The notes under the pieces were generated by a model. The model saw only the letters and a program-made list of their open reading frames with translations. It was not told the DNA's origin and searched no databases. The position numbers and the translations under genes were made by a program. Shown in pieces: positions 24,295 to 39,175 of a stretch of 64,000 bases of DNA (positions are counted from its first letter, which is position 1; each line of letters starts with the position of its first letter). Source of the stretch: Octopus vulgaris (lineage: Eukaryota); NCBI GenBank assembly GCA_951406725.2, contig OX597819.1:130448001-130512000 (forward strand). The letters run 5' to 3'.

Positions 24295-24432
24295 TGTTGT
24301 CTCTGGGGAGAGTCATTCTCTTTTGGTGCCTTATAATTTAACACACTCATCGGTAAAATTTCCAATTATTTCTTCATTTACTTTTCTGAAATTTTCATTG
24401 CGTCTTGCAACCTTTTCAATAGTTTTGACTCT
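24293..24432 (-). mobile_element. PLE-type terminus with U3-A8 hammerhead-like motif
   Basis: Homologous to 62510-62632. Minus strand reads TTGAAAA-g-GTTGC-aagac-GCAAT-GAAAATTT. Confidence 0.55.
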
Positions 24433-24482
24433 GTCCGTTACTCACATCGCGTTCCTTTTTGTTTGTGCGCATGTGTTTGGAT

Positions 24483-24540
<58 letters not shown>

Positions 24541-24844
24541 CTGTTCATCTATGCATGTATGTATGCATGCATGCATGTGTGTGTATGCATGTATGTGTGT
24601 GTCCATGTGTATCTATTTATGTTTGTACATTTGTATGTATGTATTCTGCATATTCGTGTGTTTGCATGTCCGTGTTTGTGTGTTTTTATGTAGGTGTGTG
24701 TGTGTGTGCGTGGTTGTATGTTTGTATGTGTGTGTGTACCTCTGTCTCCTTGTGTGTGCATGTTTGAGTGTGTGTGTGTGTTTTTGGCAACTATATACCG
24801 TGTTTGTATATGTGGACGCGTGTCTCCATCTGTGTTCTTGTCTC

Positions 24845-25242
24845 TCTTTACTCTTTTACTTGTTTCAGTCATTTGACTGCGGCCATGCTGGAGCACCGCC
24901 TTTAGTCGAGCAAATCGACCCCAGGACTTATTCTTTGTAAGCCTAGTACTTATTCTATCGGTCTCTTTTGCCGAACCGCTATGTGACGGCGCCGTAAACA
25001 CACCAGCATCGGTTGTCAAGCAATGCTAGGGGGACAAACACAGACACACAAACACACACACACACATATACATTTATACGACAGGCTTCTTTCAGTTTCC
25101 GTCTATCAAATCCACTCACAAGGCATTGGTCGGCCCGGGGCTATAGCAGAAGACACTTGCCCAAGATGCCACGCAGTGGGACTGAACCCGGAACCATGTG
25201 GCTGGTTAGCAAGCTACTTACCACACAGCCACTCCTGCGCCT
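24845..25242 (-). mobile_element. SINE family A, full length
   Basis: Reverse complement of 8209-8618. Confidence 0.92.
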
Positions 25243-25283
25243 CTGCGATCTGTTTACTTTCATATCCATATGCTTACATACAG

Positions 25284-25352
<69 letters not shown>

Positions 25353-25459
25353 CCATACACCCCCACCCCCACACACAGATGCATACTTCTATCTACATAA
25401 CACCTCACTGACTATTCTACTCTACCTGTGTAAACTGTGGGTATGAGGTTATGATATCT

Positions 25460-25612
25460 ACTATGTATATTTCCTAATTAGAATTGGGGAAGTTTCATTT
25501 ATGAGGACGTACTCCCGTATTTGTCTGAGTGTTGGGTCCTTTGGGTGCTTGGATAAGATGCGGATGTCAAGTTGACCCAGGTTGCTTCCATGTTGGTCCT
25601 TGGCATGTTAGT
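25460..25612 (-). pseudogene. Penelope-like GIY-YIG endonuclease C-terminal fragment
   Basis: Manual translation gives [40 protein letters not shown], fitting the H...H...R..E...I....P.L pattern. Confidence 0.6.
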
Positions 25613-25615
25613 AGA

Positions 25616-25713
<98 letters not shown>

Positions 25714-25721
25714 TTATTTAA

Positions 25722-25759
25722 AGTTTCAGCTCAGAGCTGCGGCCATGCTGATGCACCGC

Positions 25760-25760
<1 letters not shown>
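25722..25760 (-). mobile_element. Roughly 40-bp 3' tip of the CR1-group LINE seen at 32325-32710
   Basis: Minus strand gcggtgcatcagcatggccgcagctctgagctgaaact matches 32670-32707. Confidence 0.8.
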
Positions 25761-25803
<43 letters not shown>

Positions 25804-26019
25804 CAAACACATACACACACACACTCGAACATGCATGGGTATGGTGCTGATCGTGACACACGGTGGTGGTGGTGGTAGTGATACTGGTGTATTGGAGTTG
25901 GAGTTTCGCAGAGGGGTTTCGATGTTAGCATACTTAAGGATAACTATCGACAAAAAAGGTTTATTTGCCTGTCTCTTTATGGAGCCCAAAGTCCATTAAT
26001 CCATCCATCTATCAATCCA

Positions 26020-27235
<1,216 letters not shown>

Positions 27236-27783
27236 TATGCCTAACTGTATTATTGCAGGCATAGTCACAGGCGCCAGCATGGCTATGTAGTTAAGAAGTT
27301 CGTTTTGAAACCAAGTCGTCTCACGTTCAGTCCCACTGCGCCGGCACTCCAACCTTATTTCTATGTGTACATGTTTACAAATATGTTTATATGCATAGAT
27401 TTGTACCTAGGCGCAACCACCCACTTTCGAATGTCTGAATTCACAAGGAGAGGGGAAAAGGCAGAAACATTAAAAGAAAAAGCAATCGATGGAAAATAAG
27501 GACGACGTTCATTCAAGAATTTAAGAACTTTATTTACTGCCTGCTTGGGTCCCATTATTTGCATTTTTGAGAATCTTTATTATGGTTCTTAATACGTCTT
27601 CAGTAGTAAAGAATGGAAAGCGTTTAGGGTGTTTTAAGGTGTTAAGCATTTACCTAAGCAATAAATAGATATATGTGTGTGTATGGGTGAGTATGTGTGT
27701 GTGTTTACACACACATATATACACACAGACAGACATATGTATATATAAATACATATATACATAAACATATACACGTACGTATG

Positions 27784-27818
<35 letters not shown>

Positions 27819-27819
27819 G

Positions 27820-27858
<39 letters not shown>

Positions 27859-29381
27859 ATATATTTATATATTTATATGTTATATATGCACACGCACACG
27901 TACATACAAATAAATGTACATTTATTTGCTTATTTACAGATTTATTTGTTCGTATATAATTACATTTATGTGTGTGTGTGTGTGAATAGATATGTGTGTG
28001 TGTATATATATATATTATGTATATGTGTACATATATATATGTTTATATGTGTTTATATGTGTTTATAGTATACATAGTATACATTTATATAATGTTTATA
28101 TGTGTGTGTATAAGTATATATATATATATATATATATTGTATGTCTTTGCATTTGTATATATATATATATATATATATATATACAAATGCAAATACATAC
28201 AAATATATATATATATATATACTTATACACACACATATAAACATTTATTTTATTCCCTTAAGAAATGGGTGGATGGAAACAGCAAAGAAGACGGGAAGGG
28301 TTTTATAGTTATTTTGGAAAGGTTCAATATTATATCACTTTTTTTTACATATAAACGTATATACAAACATACCAGTACACACACACACACACACACCCGT
28401 ACTTGTTAAATCACGCTGGAATTTGTTTCCAAGAATATCTCCATATTTCATTGGAATGATGTTTTTCGGTATTTATTTTGGGTGCCTCTCTTTTTCTCCC
28501 ACCCTACCTTGATCGGTAGTCTTTATCGTGCGTCTCTCTTCTACTTCGATCCGATATATACATATGCCAGGCTGTATCTTACTTGATTTGATCTGATGGA
28601 ACGTAATGTGAGTTTAGCACAAATCATGAGAATTACCGTTCCTTATTGCAGTAGGTTCGAATTCCAGCCAATACAAAACACCTCCTCCCCAGCTGATACG
28701 AGAATCTCAACGTAGGCTGATCTGCTGAAAGTAACAATTAATTCTCCTTGAAATTAGAACAATCGGCATTTAAGAGAAAAGTACAAAATATTTGATAATG
28801 TTATTCCAGGTATAGCATAACGTGACGTAAAAAAATTGCGCATGGACTTGTCTATCAATGCAGACATAACATCGCCATCATTACCACCATCATCAATAAC
28901 AGTTACAACACTCAAAAGCGCTTCAACATTGTCATTCAATTTCCTAGAATTAGCAGCTAACAAAATACATAATGGATGATGTAGTCCTCGATGCGCTATG
29001 CCAGCCAAAAGACAAATAAAAACTAGTATGATCACAGATGTAACAACACCTTTTAATCATATATCCGTTGAAACGAATCTCACTCAGGTCATGTCCTTAG
29101 TTCTTGTAAAAGAAAAACGCAGATATAGTTCTAAACACACTCAGAACGAAGATATCACAGTCACAGATGGAACTCATAGTCTTTGTCTACTTTACCAGGA
29201 ATGACATTGGACTAAATGTCAACAACTTTAGAAGCGATCCAACAGAGGATTCACTACATCGCGGCTTGATCTGCTAGAGATAGTAGCCAAATAGATTTCA
29301 CACCACAGCCTAGTGTCTTAAAGACAGAAGATGCAACTTGGATAGTGTAGACTTAGGCACACACATACATACACACATATA

Positions 29382-29412
<31 letters not shown>

Positions 29413-29948
29413 GAGTGAGAGAGCAGTGCATGCCATCAAAGTGGCACTGGGGTAAAATATATGAAGCCCAATATACCCATCATGACTACCCGTCTGATAA
29501 GGGTACACCAGGCACATGCATCACAACCATATGTGCGCGACATGGTGATCTCATATCAATATAAACAGCACATGACCTTGCAGGTGGGGCCCAGTTAGAA
29601 TTTTCTTCAGGTTGAGTAGTCCATCCCGCTCAAAAGGTCCCTGATTAAGGGTTGTTTAAGGATGTTGAAAGAACCACCCATGTTTCCAGAGGTGAATTAT
29701 TCAAACCCCAAAGAATCCCTCTCAACACATGGCTATGATGCTCCCCCACTACTTCTGCTCGTTATCAGAGATGCACATATCGTCAGCCACTAAGGGACAT
29801 GCTCAACTGGTTAAGGTCAAACAACTGACAAGCAAATCTGTGGTATTGAGCAGAATATTTGCTGTAGCCCATCTTTTATACCAGACAAAACAATGTACAT
29901 GATAACACTTCCAATCAGTTAAGATCAGAAGCCATGAGAGCCACTGCC

Positions 29949-29949
<1 letters not shown>
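29413..29949. mobile_element. Roughly 550-bp non-coding interspersed element embedded in (TTA)n, copy 1
   Basis: Highly similar to 30095-30652. Both are flanked by (TTA)n on both sides. Confidence 0.75.
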
Positions 29950-30019
<70 letters not shown>

Positions 30020-30026
30020 TTTATTA

Positions 30027-30094
<68 letters not shown>

Positions 30095-30648
30095 GAGTGA
30101 GAGAGCAGTTCATGCTATCAAAGTGACACTGGGGTAAAATATACGAAACCCAATATACCCATCATGACTACCCGTCTGATAAGGGTACACCAGGCACATG
30201 CATCACAACCATATGTGGGCGACATGGCGATCTCATATCAAGATAAACAGCACATGACCTTGCAGGTGGGGCCCAGTTAGAATTTTCTTCAGATCGAGTA
30301 ACCCATCCCGCTCAAAAGGTCCCTGAATAAGGGTTGTTTAAGGACGTTGAACGAAACACCCATGTTTCCAGAGGTGAATTATTCAAACCCCAAAGAATCC
30401 TTCTCAACACATGGCTATGATGCTCCCCCACTACTTCTGCTCGTGATCAGAGATGCACATATCGTCAGCCACTAAGGGACATGCTCAACTGGTTACGGTC
30501 AAACAACTGACAAGCAAATCTGTGGTATTGAGCAGAATATTTGCTGTAGCCCATCTTTTATACCAAGACAAAACAATGTACATGATAACACTTCCAATCA
30601 GTTAAGATCAGAAGCCATGAGAGCCACTGCCTGGTACTGCATCAGGGC

Positions 30649-30652
<4 letters not shown>
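30095..30652. mobile_element. Roughly 550-bp non-coding interspersed element embedded in (TTA)n, copy 2
   Basis: As copy 1, but about 20 bp longer at the right end (tggtactgcatcagggcat). Confidence 0.75.
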
Positions 30653-30711
<59 letters not shown>

Positions 30712-30728
30712 CATTATTATTATTATTA

Positions 30729-30811
<83 letters not shown>

Positions 30812-31488
30812 TCTTACGAAATATATAGAACTGCTTAAGAAGCGCTCGGGTCGAACCCGAGACAAAAGATAAGAATTAAAATAAAAAAATCAAAGTAGGC
30901 GATCAACTTTTTTTACAGACGCATACATAGTTATAAATAAAATTTTAAAAATATATATATATTAATACATATCGACATACAAAATATATATGAATATTTT
31001 TAAAAATTTAAATATATATAAAAATACATGCAAATAGAAAATACGTGGGATGTATATGAGAAAAAAAATGAGAACTAGTAAACATTTTTTAAATACTAAA
31101 ATTAAGAGCGATTAAGAGTGTCTAAAAATTCCAGTTAATAAATCCATAAAGTTCAATCTGTTTTTTAAAAAATTTTTATACTATATAATAAAAAGAGAGG
31201 AAAATTACTTTCTGCGGTTGTTTTCAGAGTTCATGTTCTAGTAGAAAAATTAAGAGAAATTTTACAATCCATGCGGACAATGTCCCCTTCTTCAGAAAAG
31301 ATATCCTCATCAGAAAATCACATTCTGACAATTTCTAGTTATTAAAGATGGATGGATATGGGTATATAATAAACGTTCATTCTTACGTATGCAAATGAGA
31401 GAATGGAGAACATGGAATGATGGGACAAGTATATCAAGACTTCGATCTAATTAAACGTTGCACTATGGAATATTCAGAGTACTAAAAG

Positions 31489-31555
<67 letters not shown>

Positions 31556-31605
31556 CATATATATAGATATATGTATATACATATATATACTTGTGCATAT
31601 ATACT

Positions 31606-31639
<34 letters not shown>

Positions 31640-31641
<2 letters not shown>

Positions 31642-31902
31642 TTACGCGGACGTAAACACACCAGCATCGGTTGTCAAGTGATGTTGAGGGGACAAGCACA
31701 GACGCACAAATATATACACACATACTTATATATATATATACTTATCTACGACGGGCTTCTTTCAGTTTCCGTCTACCAAATCTATTCCCAAGGCTTTGGT
31801 CGGCTCGAGGCTATAGTTGAAGACACTTGCCCAAGATGCCACGCAGTGGGACTGAACTCGGAACCATGTGGTTGGTAAGTAAGCTACTTACCACACTCCT
31901 GC

Positions 31903-31903
<1 letters not shown>
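31640..31903 (-). mobile_element. SINE family A, 3'-truncated
   Basis: Head and middle match family A. Confidence 0.85.
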
Positions 31904-31952
<49 letters not shown>

Positions 31953-31958
<6 letters not shown>

Positions 31959-32127
31959 CTTGACCAACCAGTCCGTCAGGCGTCCATTTAACACCGCTGG
32001 TCATAGCACGCTGTCCACTCCTCTCTGGATTGCGCCTTTCTCATCCACGTGATCCCAATCGTCCTCCTGAAATCGTAACTCCACCGTCGTGGAGGTCTTC
32101 CGGGTGGTCGTTTTGGGTGGTCCACCA

Positions 32128-32130
<3 letters not shown>
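31953..32130 (-). mobile_element. RTE-clade LINE 3' tip
   Basis: [35 protein letters not shown] fits the R..GRP..RW...W...A..R..W RTE C-terminal signature. Confidence 0.75.
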
Positions 32131-32198
<68 letters not shown>

Positions 32199-32324
32199 CA
32201 TACATACATATATATACTTTCTCTGTTCTTTTTGCGGTATATATATATATATAGATATATATATGTATATATATATATATATATATCGATATATATATGT
32301 ATATATATATATATTGTGCCAAAT

Positions 32325-32710
32325 TGTGCCAAATTTTGGCATTGTAAGCTACACCAATGCTAGAACGGGACGACACTGCTTAGTGCCAAAGATCCCAGCA
32401 ATGCCATCACGCTTCAGGACCAGCTTCTGCAACAGCCTGAGTTTCAAGGGCCCACAGCTTTTTAATATTCCCCCAAAGAGTCTGAGGAACTTGCACAAAG
32501 TAGATGTAGCGGTTTTTAAATCAAAACTGGACATCTTCCTATCAAGAGTCCCTGATGAACCTACCTCACGGCAAGAGGTGCAAATGAGAGTAGCTGTATC
32601 AAACTCCATTCTTCACCAAGTGCCACATATTTGACGAGGTTCGTCGCAATAACAGTGTAGCACAAAACGGCGGTGCATCAGCATGGCCGCAGCTCTGAGC
32701 TGAAACTAGA
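32325..32710 (+). mobile_element. CR1-group LINE 3' end (probable partner of SINE A)
   Basis: [10 protein letters not shown]...[21 protein letters not shown]...[16 protein letters not shown]...SNSI*, then a 3' UTR ggcggtgcatcagcatggccgcag..ctgaaac. Confidence 0.88.
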
Positions 32711-32939
32711 ATATATATATATATATTCTAGTCTTATCTTGGAAAATTTTAAATTAACATAGACTGTATAAAGTCTGGTTCAACACAAATGTATCACAAT
32801 CCTATCATGATTTACCTAGCTGAATAATATTCTTGCTAAAAAAACGATAAATTTGTTCTCTATCAAAAGTATAGAGTAATCCTTCAATTTAATGCAAAAC
32901 TTCATTTATGAACAAGCATTAGTGTACATATACATATAT

Positions 32940-33128
32940 AGGGAGAGTTTACGAAAAAAACAAAAGACGAAGACAGGTGGTGTACAAAACAAACAGATGT
33001 ATTAGTATAACGCTCAGGAATAGAAAAAAGTCTTTAACGTTTCGAGCCTACGCTTTTCCACAGAAAGGAACACAGAAAGAAACAAGGAGAGAAAAAAATG
33101 TGTGTAGTGGCTAACGATCTATCATGGC

Positions 33129-33130
<2 letters not shown>
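32940..33130 (-). mobile_element. PLE-type terminal repeat with minimal hammerhead (GAGC-stem family)
   Basis: Homologous to 3297-3491; core reads CTGTGGA. Confidence 0.7.
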
Positions 33131-33176
<46 letters not shown>

Positions 33177-33792
33177 TTTTTGCATATGTATATATACGCA
33201 TACATGCATGCAGACATACAGATGAACGTATAATGTATAAACATATGTATATATGTACGTTTATAAATATATGTATTTATGTATGTATGCATATACGTAT
33301 AAGTTTCTGTCATCCTAAAGGTGTTAACTGCCACTAAGCGTAGGGCATTAGACATGCTCCACTGTTATAAACACATTTGATTCTAAATCTAGCAGCCTGT
33401 CTTCCACAGTTCTGTTTAAAATCACTGCTGTTCCTCATTCACAGGACTCATCATTGCATTAAATATCTGCATCACCATTAAATAACATCAATGAGAATTT
33501 GAAACTGAGTAGCCGTTGCGGCCGGCTGGGATCATGCTTTTTTCTCCTTATAGCATTTGCTACCCACTTGCCTCTTTATATACTTACACGTGTGTGCATG
33601 TATGTGCCAGTGTCTATGCTAACGTATACAAATATGTTCACACATACATATGCACATACTTATACGCATTCTTACCTATAAGCACATCATCTTTTTGTGT
33701 CCGTATTTATATACATATATATACATGCATACATATATATATACTTATATATATATAAATATACATATACTGTATATATACATATATTTATA

Positions 33793-33861
<69 letters not shown>

Positions 33862-33897
33862 CTATAAACTAACAGACAGATAATTAGATAGATAATT

Positions 33898-33980
<83 letters not shown>

Positions 33981-34537
33981 CAGGCAGACAAACAGACAGA
34001 CAGACATTCAGAGACACACTCGCAGACAAACAAACATATACAGAAACAAAACGAAACAAAACGCTGCCATTCAAACGAGTGTATCGGATCTTTCATACCA
34101 GAATTACATAAAAAATAAAAAAAATAATGAAAATAGAATAAATAAAAACAACGATTAAAAATTATTTTCCAAAACAATAAAATAACCAGCAAAAAAAAAA
34201 AAAAACTCCTTGAAGTTAGAGTTTGTGCGAGTAAAACATAAAAAAAAAAACAATTCCTCGTCATCACAGCGATCATCACCAGTCGGTGTTTTCTGAGACA
34301 GAAACTTTCAGCGTCACTACACACGTGGATGCATCCTCCATTAAGCATCCGGGCACTTTTTGACTGTTGCTTGTTTGCTTTTCTACGTCTCCTTTTTCCA
34401 TTTTTTTCTTTCATTCTATCGCTTTAATGGCCAATCGGTACCAATAGATGCATTTCGCTTTTAAACAATCTCTTTCAAATTCAATTACATACAGTATTTT
34501 TTTTATATTTATTCTACAGTTCGGCGTCATTTTCGTT

Positions 34538-34586
<49 letters not shown>

Positions 34587-34620
34587 GTATATATATATAT
34601 AATATATATATATAAATATA

Positions 34621-34852
<232 letters not shown>

Positions 34853-34855
34853 GTT

Positions 34856-35090
34856 TAGGACGGTGGATAGGCAAAATCGTTAGAGCGTCGAGGAAAATGC
34901 TTTGCAGTATTTGTTCCGGTTCTTTATATTCAGTGTTCAAATCCCGCCGATCTCGACACAGGAAGGCTTTTATCCTTGCTGTGTTGTTGATAAAATGATA
35001 AAAAGAAAGAGCCAGCCAAGTACTGAGGTCGATATAATCGACTAACCCCCGCCCCTCAAATTTCTGACTTTGGGCCTATGTAAGGAATTA
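34856..35090 (+). mobile_element. SINE family B-related, degenerate
   Basis: Contains the ggcaaaatcgttagagcg, gtgttcaaatcccgccga and gaggtcgatataatcgact motifs. Confidence 0.6.
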
Positions 35091-35315
35091 TCATTAATAA
35101 ATAATCAATTTACTTATTTTCTGGTTGTATATTTATGCGCTTTTGTCTCTTTTTCTTTCTCTTCCTCCTTACGTGTGCGCATGCGCCCCTCTGGTGCCTG
35201 TTGTCTACTTATTTTTCACTTGAATATTTGTTTCTCAGCATCTCGCATCACTTGTCTTCTCTAATTTATGGGAGTGAAGCGCACACACAAAAACATGTAT
35301 GTATGTGCGTGTGTG

Positions 35316-35357
<42 letters not shown>

Positions 35358-36332
35358 TGCATACATGGATACATATATATGCGCGCACATACGCACACAC
35401 ACACATATACATAATGAATTTCAGCGCCTAAATGGGGTGAAAAAAACGTGGCATATCAACAGAGTGAATCATCACCCCTTCGAACAAATATATTTGTGTG
35501 CATGTGTGCCCGGGCGCGCGTGTGTGTATGCGTACATATGAACATACATACGTGCCATATATGTACACATCTATAAACACATGCACACATACGCATGCAC
35601 ACACGCGCACGCGCATATACTACACTAACCAGTCTGCCTTATGCTTGCTTCTAGACTCAGATACAAACTGATTTATGTATTTAAATACCCGCTTCTTTCA
35701 CCCTTCTTAACAATCTATCCCTCCTAAAACAGCATCCTTCTCTCATCGTTTCTAATCCTTTACCTTCTTTTTATCTGCTTTGTAAAATTATAGTAACTAT
35801 TTTGTCTTTCTCGTTCTCCCTTTGTTTTTTTCCTTCATTTCTTCTGATGAAAGAATAACGTCCGAAACGTTACTGCATTAGTTTTCTCTAGTGAAGCATT
35901 AAACTAATTCCGTATTTGTGAAATCTTGTTCTTCCTGTACTGTTGCACTTTACTTTTGTTGCACCTTACTTTATCCTATAGCCAATCCTTAAAATCCTCC
36001 CTACCTCACTTTGCCCACCTCCCTTTCTGTTTATTTTCTTTACATTTACCAATTAGCAGCCACCTCTGCAACCATTCTGTTATTGGATGTTGATATGTCC
36101 GCGTCTTTTTCTTGGAATGTATACTATATAAAAACTTCAACCCACATGGATCTACGCAGGATTGCACCTAAGGACTCATGCTCTGGTTTCTATAACTTCG
36201 GAAAGTTGAACTATGAACTTTTATGCTTCTTTTTTCTTCTCTCTTTCCATCTCCTTATTCTTTTACTCCCTTCCTCTATGTTGTCTCTTATTAACATATA
36301 CCATTCTCATTTTCCATAGTTTTTTCCCCCAT

Positions 36333-36390
36333 TTGTCTCTGATGACTGAATATCCCATACTCGGGGATATCCCAGAAACATCTGTAAGTT
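36333..36390 (+). ncRNA. Hammerhead-like motif with long stem II
   Basis: CTGATGA-c-tgaatatccc-atactc-ggggatatccca-GAAAC-atct-GTA; stem I is degenerate. Confidence 0.5.
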
Positions 36391-36477
36391 TTTGAATTTT
36401 TTCCTATAAAAATATTGTATATGACTTGAGATGTTTGCCTTGCCTTAATTTTTAACGTCCTGTTTAACACTCATACA

Positions 36478-36544
<67 letters not shown>

Positions 36545-36545
<1 letters not shown>

Positions 36546-37826
36546 CGGGTTGGCAACTAAGTTCCCGCCGATATTTTAAATTCAAATTTTTAAAAAGGTT
36601 TAATAAAAAATAACAACTAATGTATTCACCCTTGTTGTTTACAACTTCTTCCCGACGTTCAACAAGATTTTCAATACCTCGTTGGTAGAAATCACCCGAT
36701 TTCGACTCGAAAAATTGATCCAACCAAGCTCTCAATTCTGCATCACTATTGAACAACACTCCGAGTTTAGCATTTGAAAGAGATCGAACGCGGTGTAAAT
36801 CCGTTGGTGCCAAATCAGGAGAGTACAGCGGGTGTGGCAGTACTACCCAGCCATGCATTTGAATGGCTTCCTTGGTCATATTGGCAATATGAGGGCGGGC
36901 GTTGTCGTGCAGCAGAACTCCATGCTGCCGATTAGGTCTTTTCTCTTGAATAGCCGTGTTGAGTCGTTCCATCCATTGAACATAGCGTTCCGCGTTGACC
37001 GTTTAGTTCCGTTCAAGCAATTTGTAAAGGATAATCCCTTCCGAGTCTCACCATACACACAACATCGTTTTACGCGGATAAAGATCTTGTTTCACGCGCG
37101 GTGTCGCTTGTTTTTTTAACAGGTCTAAGCAATTCCTTACGCTGCTTCATATTGATGTACAGGCACCATTTTTCGTTGCCAGTAACGATTCGGTAAAGAA
37201 ATCGTTGCTTGTGTCCATGAACTGAGCGGCGCCGAGCAAGCAAACCAGCGGAGTTTGTGGATCGCTGATTTTTGTTGTTGTCACTAAAAGCATGCGGAAC
37301 CCATGCTCCACACTTCTGAACCTTTCCCTACGGATGAAGATGCTTCTCTATAGCAGTGTGAAACATTCCATTTTCTCTACCAGTTTCCTTGTCGTTTGAC
37401 GAGAATTTTCGTGCAAAAGTTGGTTTAATCGCTCTTCATCGAACTCAACTGGACGGCCAGAACCAGGTGCGTCTTTGATGTCAAAATTTCCATTTTTGAA
37501 CTTGGCATACCAATCACGATCGGTTCTTTCAGCTATGTCACCCTCTCAATACACAGCACAAATGTTGTGAGCAGCTTTTGCGGCATTAGAACCTTAATTA
37601 AAAGCAAAAAGAAGAAGTGTCGAAAATACTCGTTTTTCTTAACTTCACATTCCATTTTAATGAACAAAATTTAACTAAAATTAACTAGAAAAAAAATATT
37701 CCAAAATGATTCAGAAATAGAATCCTCGAAAAAAAAAAAGAAAAAAGATTCCAAAATTTAAAAACGCAATAAATTCCAAATTCCAAAATTAAAAAAAAAA
37801 TACTGAGAACTTAGTTGCCAACCCAA
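36545..37826 (-). mobile_element. Full-length mariner transposon (mellifera-like TIRs), inactive
   Basis: TIRs T(C/T)GGGTTGGCAACTAAGTTC at both ends, TA flanks, 1282 bp long. Confidence 0.92.
36612..37655 (-). pseudogene. Mariner DD34D transposase pseudogene
   Basis: MECEVKKNEYFRH start, GNEKWCLY, LHDNARPH and HPLYSPDLAPTD motifs; stops and frameshifts present. Confidence 0.9.
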
Positions 37827-38789
37827 TATAATGTATATTATGCTCAATATATATATATATATTCTGCATATCTACACTGACGTTGTTCTGTGATACAAAC
37901 TACTGCAATTCACGTTGTTCTGCGATCACTTCTGCACCTGACACGTGGTACACACTGTGCACCTGTTCGGATGACGTCGACTCGGTGGAGAGAGAGAGAG
38001 AGTGAACTATAATGTGCGGCACGAACGTTTGATCACTATAAGCAAATCATTTGTGCCGGTCTTTCGGCAAAGTCTGAATGCTCATTCGTCGCCTTCGACG
38101 AGAGAGTCCATCACACACACACATAAATATCTGTACGTATGTAAGCATGTATGCGCATATGTACACATACATATGTAGAGCTAGACAGACAGATAGACAG
38201 ACAGACAGATAGACAGACAGACAGACATATATTGAGGCATTTCTGCAAAAAATTTAATGAAGAAGAGTTTCGGGATCTTTTCACTTTGACCGGCAGATTT
38301 TTAAAATAATTTCTTTGTAACTAAACACTTTTAAACTTTGTATACTGGTAGAATGTGTTACATAAAACCTCTTCTTCTCTTGGCTTCCTTGAGAAAATTC
38401 TGTAGTTTGTAAGCTATTTGTTGTTTAATTTCTTGCATTTTGGCAATTTCAACCAATCAATGACGTCTATTGAGGTGAATACAATTTCTGCCGTATTTTG
38501 TCAACAACATTTTCTGGCGGTTTCAGTTTCGGAACATTAGCCTCATACTCTCGTTTAGGCTCGTATTGACTAATCTAGAGGCAAAACCAATCAATACAGG
38601 TGAACGCAGGTGTAGATACAGTATATAACCAGTGGTCATTTCTACACTATTTCATCATGCTCTTAGAACTCCACGATGTATCCTGGAATCGTCTTATTTT
38701 GCCGTTTAAAACATTCTTTGCTTCCTCCTGTTGATAGGTCAGAATGAATAGGTCCTGGAGGTCTGAGACTCAAAGACAATCATTAACTT

Positions 38790-39175
38790 GTTGAATCTAT
38801 TTGTGTGGTGAGAAGTTTTCTTCCCAAACACGTGGTTCTGAATGCAGCCCTGTGAGGCACCTCGGCGAGTATCTTCTGCTATTATAACCCTGGACCAACC
38901 AAAGCCTTATGAGTAGATGTAGTAGACAGAAAGTGAAAGACGCCTGTCGTATATTTCTGTGGGGGGGGGGGGGGGGTATTTGTTTTTGTCTTCCACCGCC
39001 GCTTGATAACTGGTGTTGGTTAGTTCGCGTTTCCGTAACGTAGCGTTTCGACAAAAAGAATCGATGGAACAAGTACCTGTGTAACAAAAAAGCCATAAGT
39101 GCTGTGGGCGATCCATTCGAGTGAATCCTTTCAAGGTGTTGCCTCAACATGGCTGCAGTCCAGTGACTGAAATAA
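38790..39175 (+). mobile_element. SINE family A-related, old degenerate copy
   Basis: Recognisable head, middle and aaggtgttgcctcaacatggctgcagtc..gactgaaa tail. Confidence 0.7.

Noticed and set aside
30830-31490. Possible DNA transposon or exon fragment
   Set aside because: No TIR pair or recognisable protein motif, and no ORF of 60 aa or more in the track over most of it.
35174-35200. NRF1-like tgcgcatgcgc and CTCF-like motif
   Set aside because: These are short motifs in TG/CA-rich context with imperfect CTCF spacing and no independent support.
35843-35875. CTGATGA...CGAAACGTT hammerhead motif
   Set aside because: Stems I and II do not pair convincingly, so it is probably a decayed copy. 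The same applies to motifs at about 4270-4290, 17290-17315, 20315 and 53395-53420.
38230-38530. Sequence resembling a non-autonomous DNA transposon terminus
   Set aside because: Single copy in the window with no TIR or TSD identified, so it cannot be supported.
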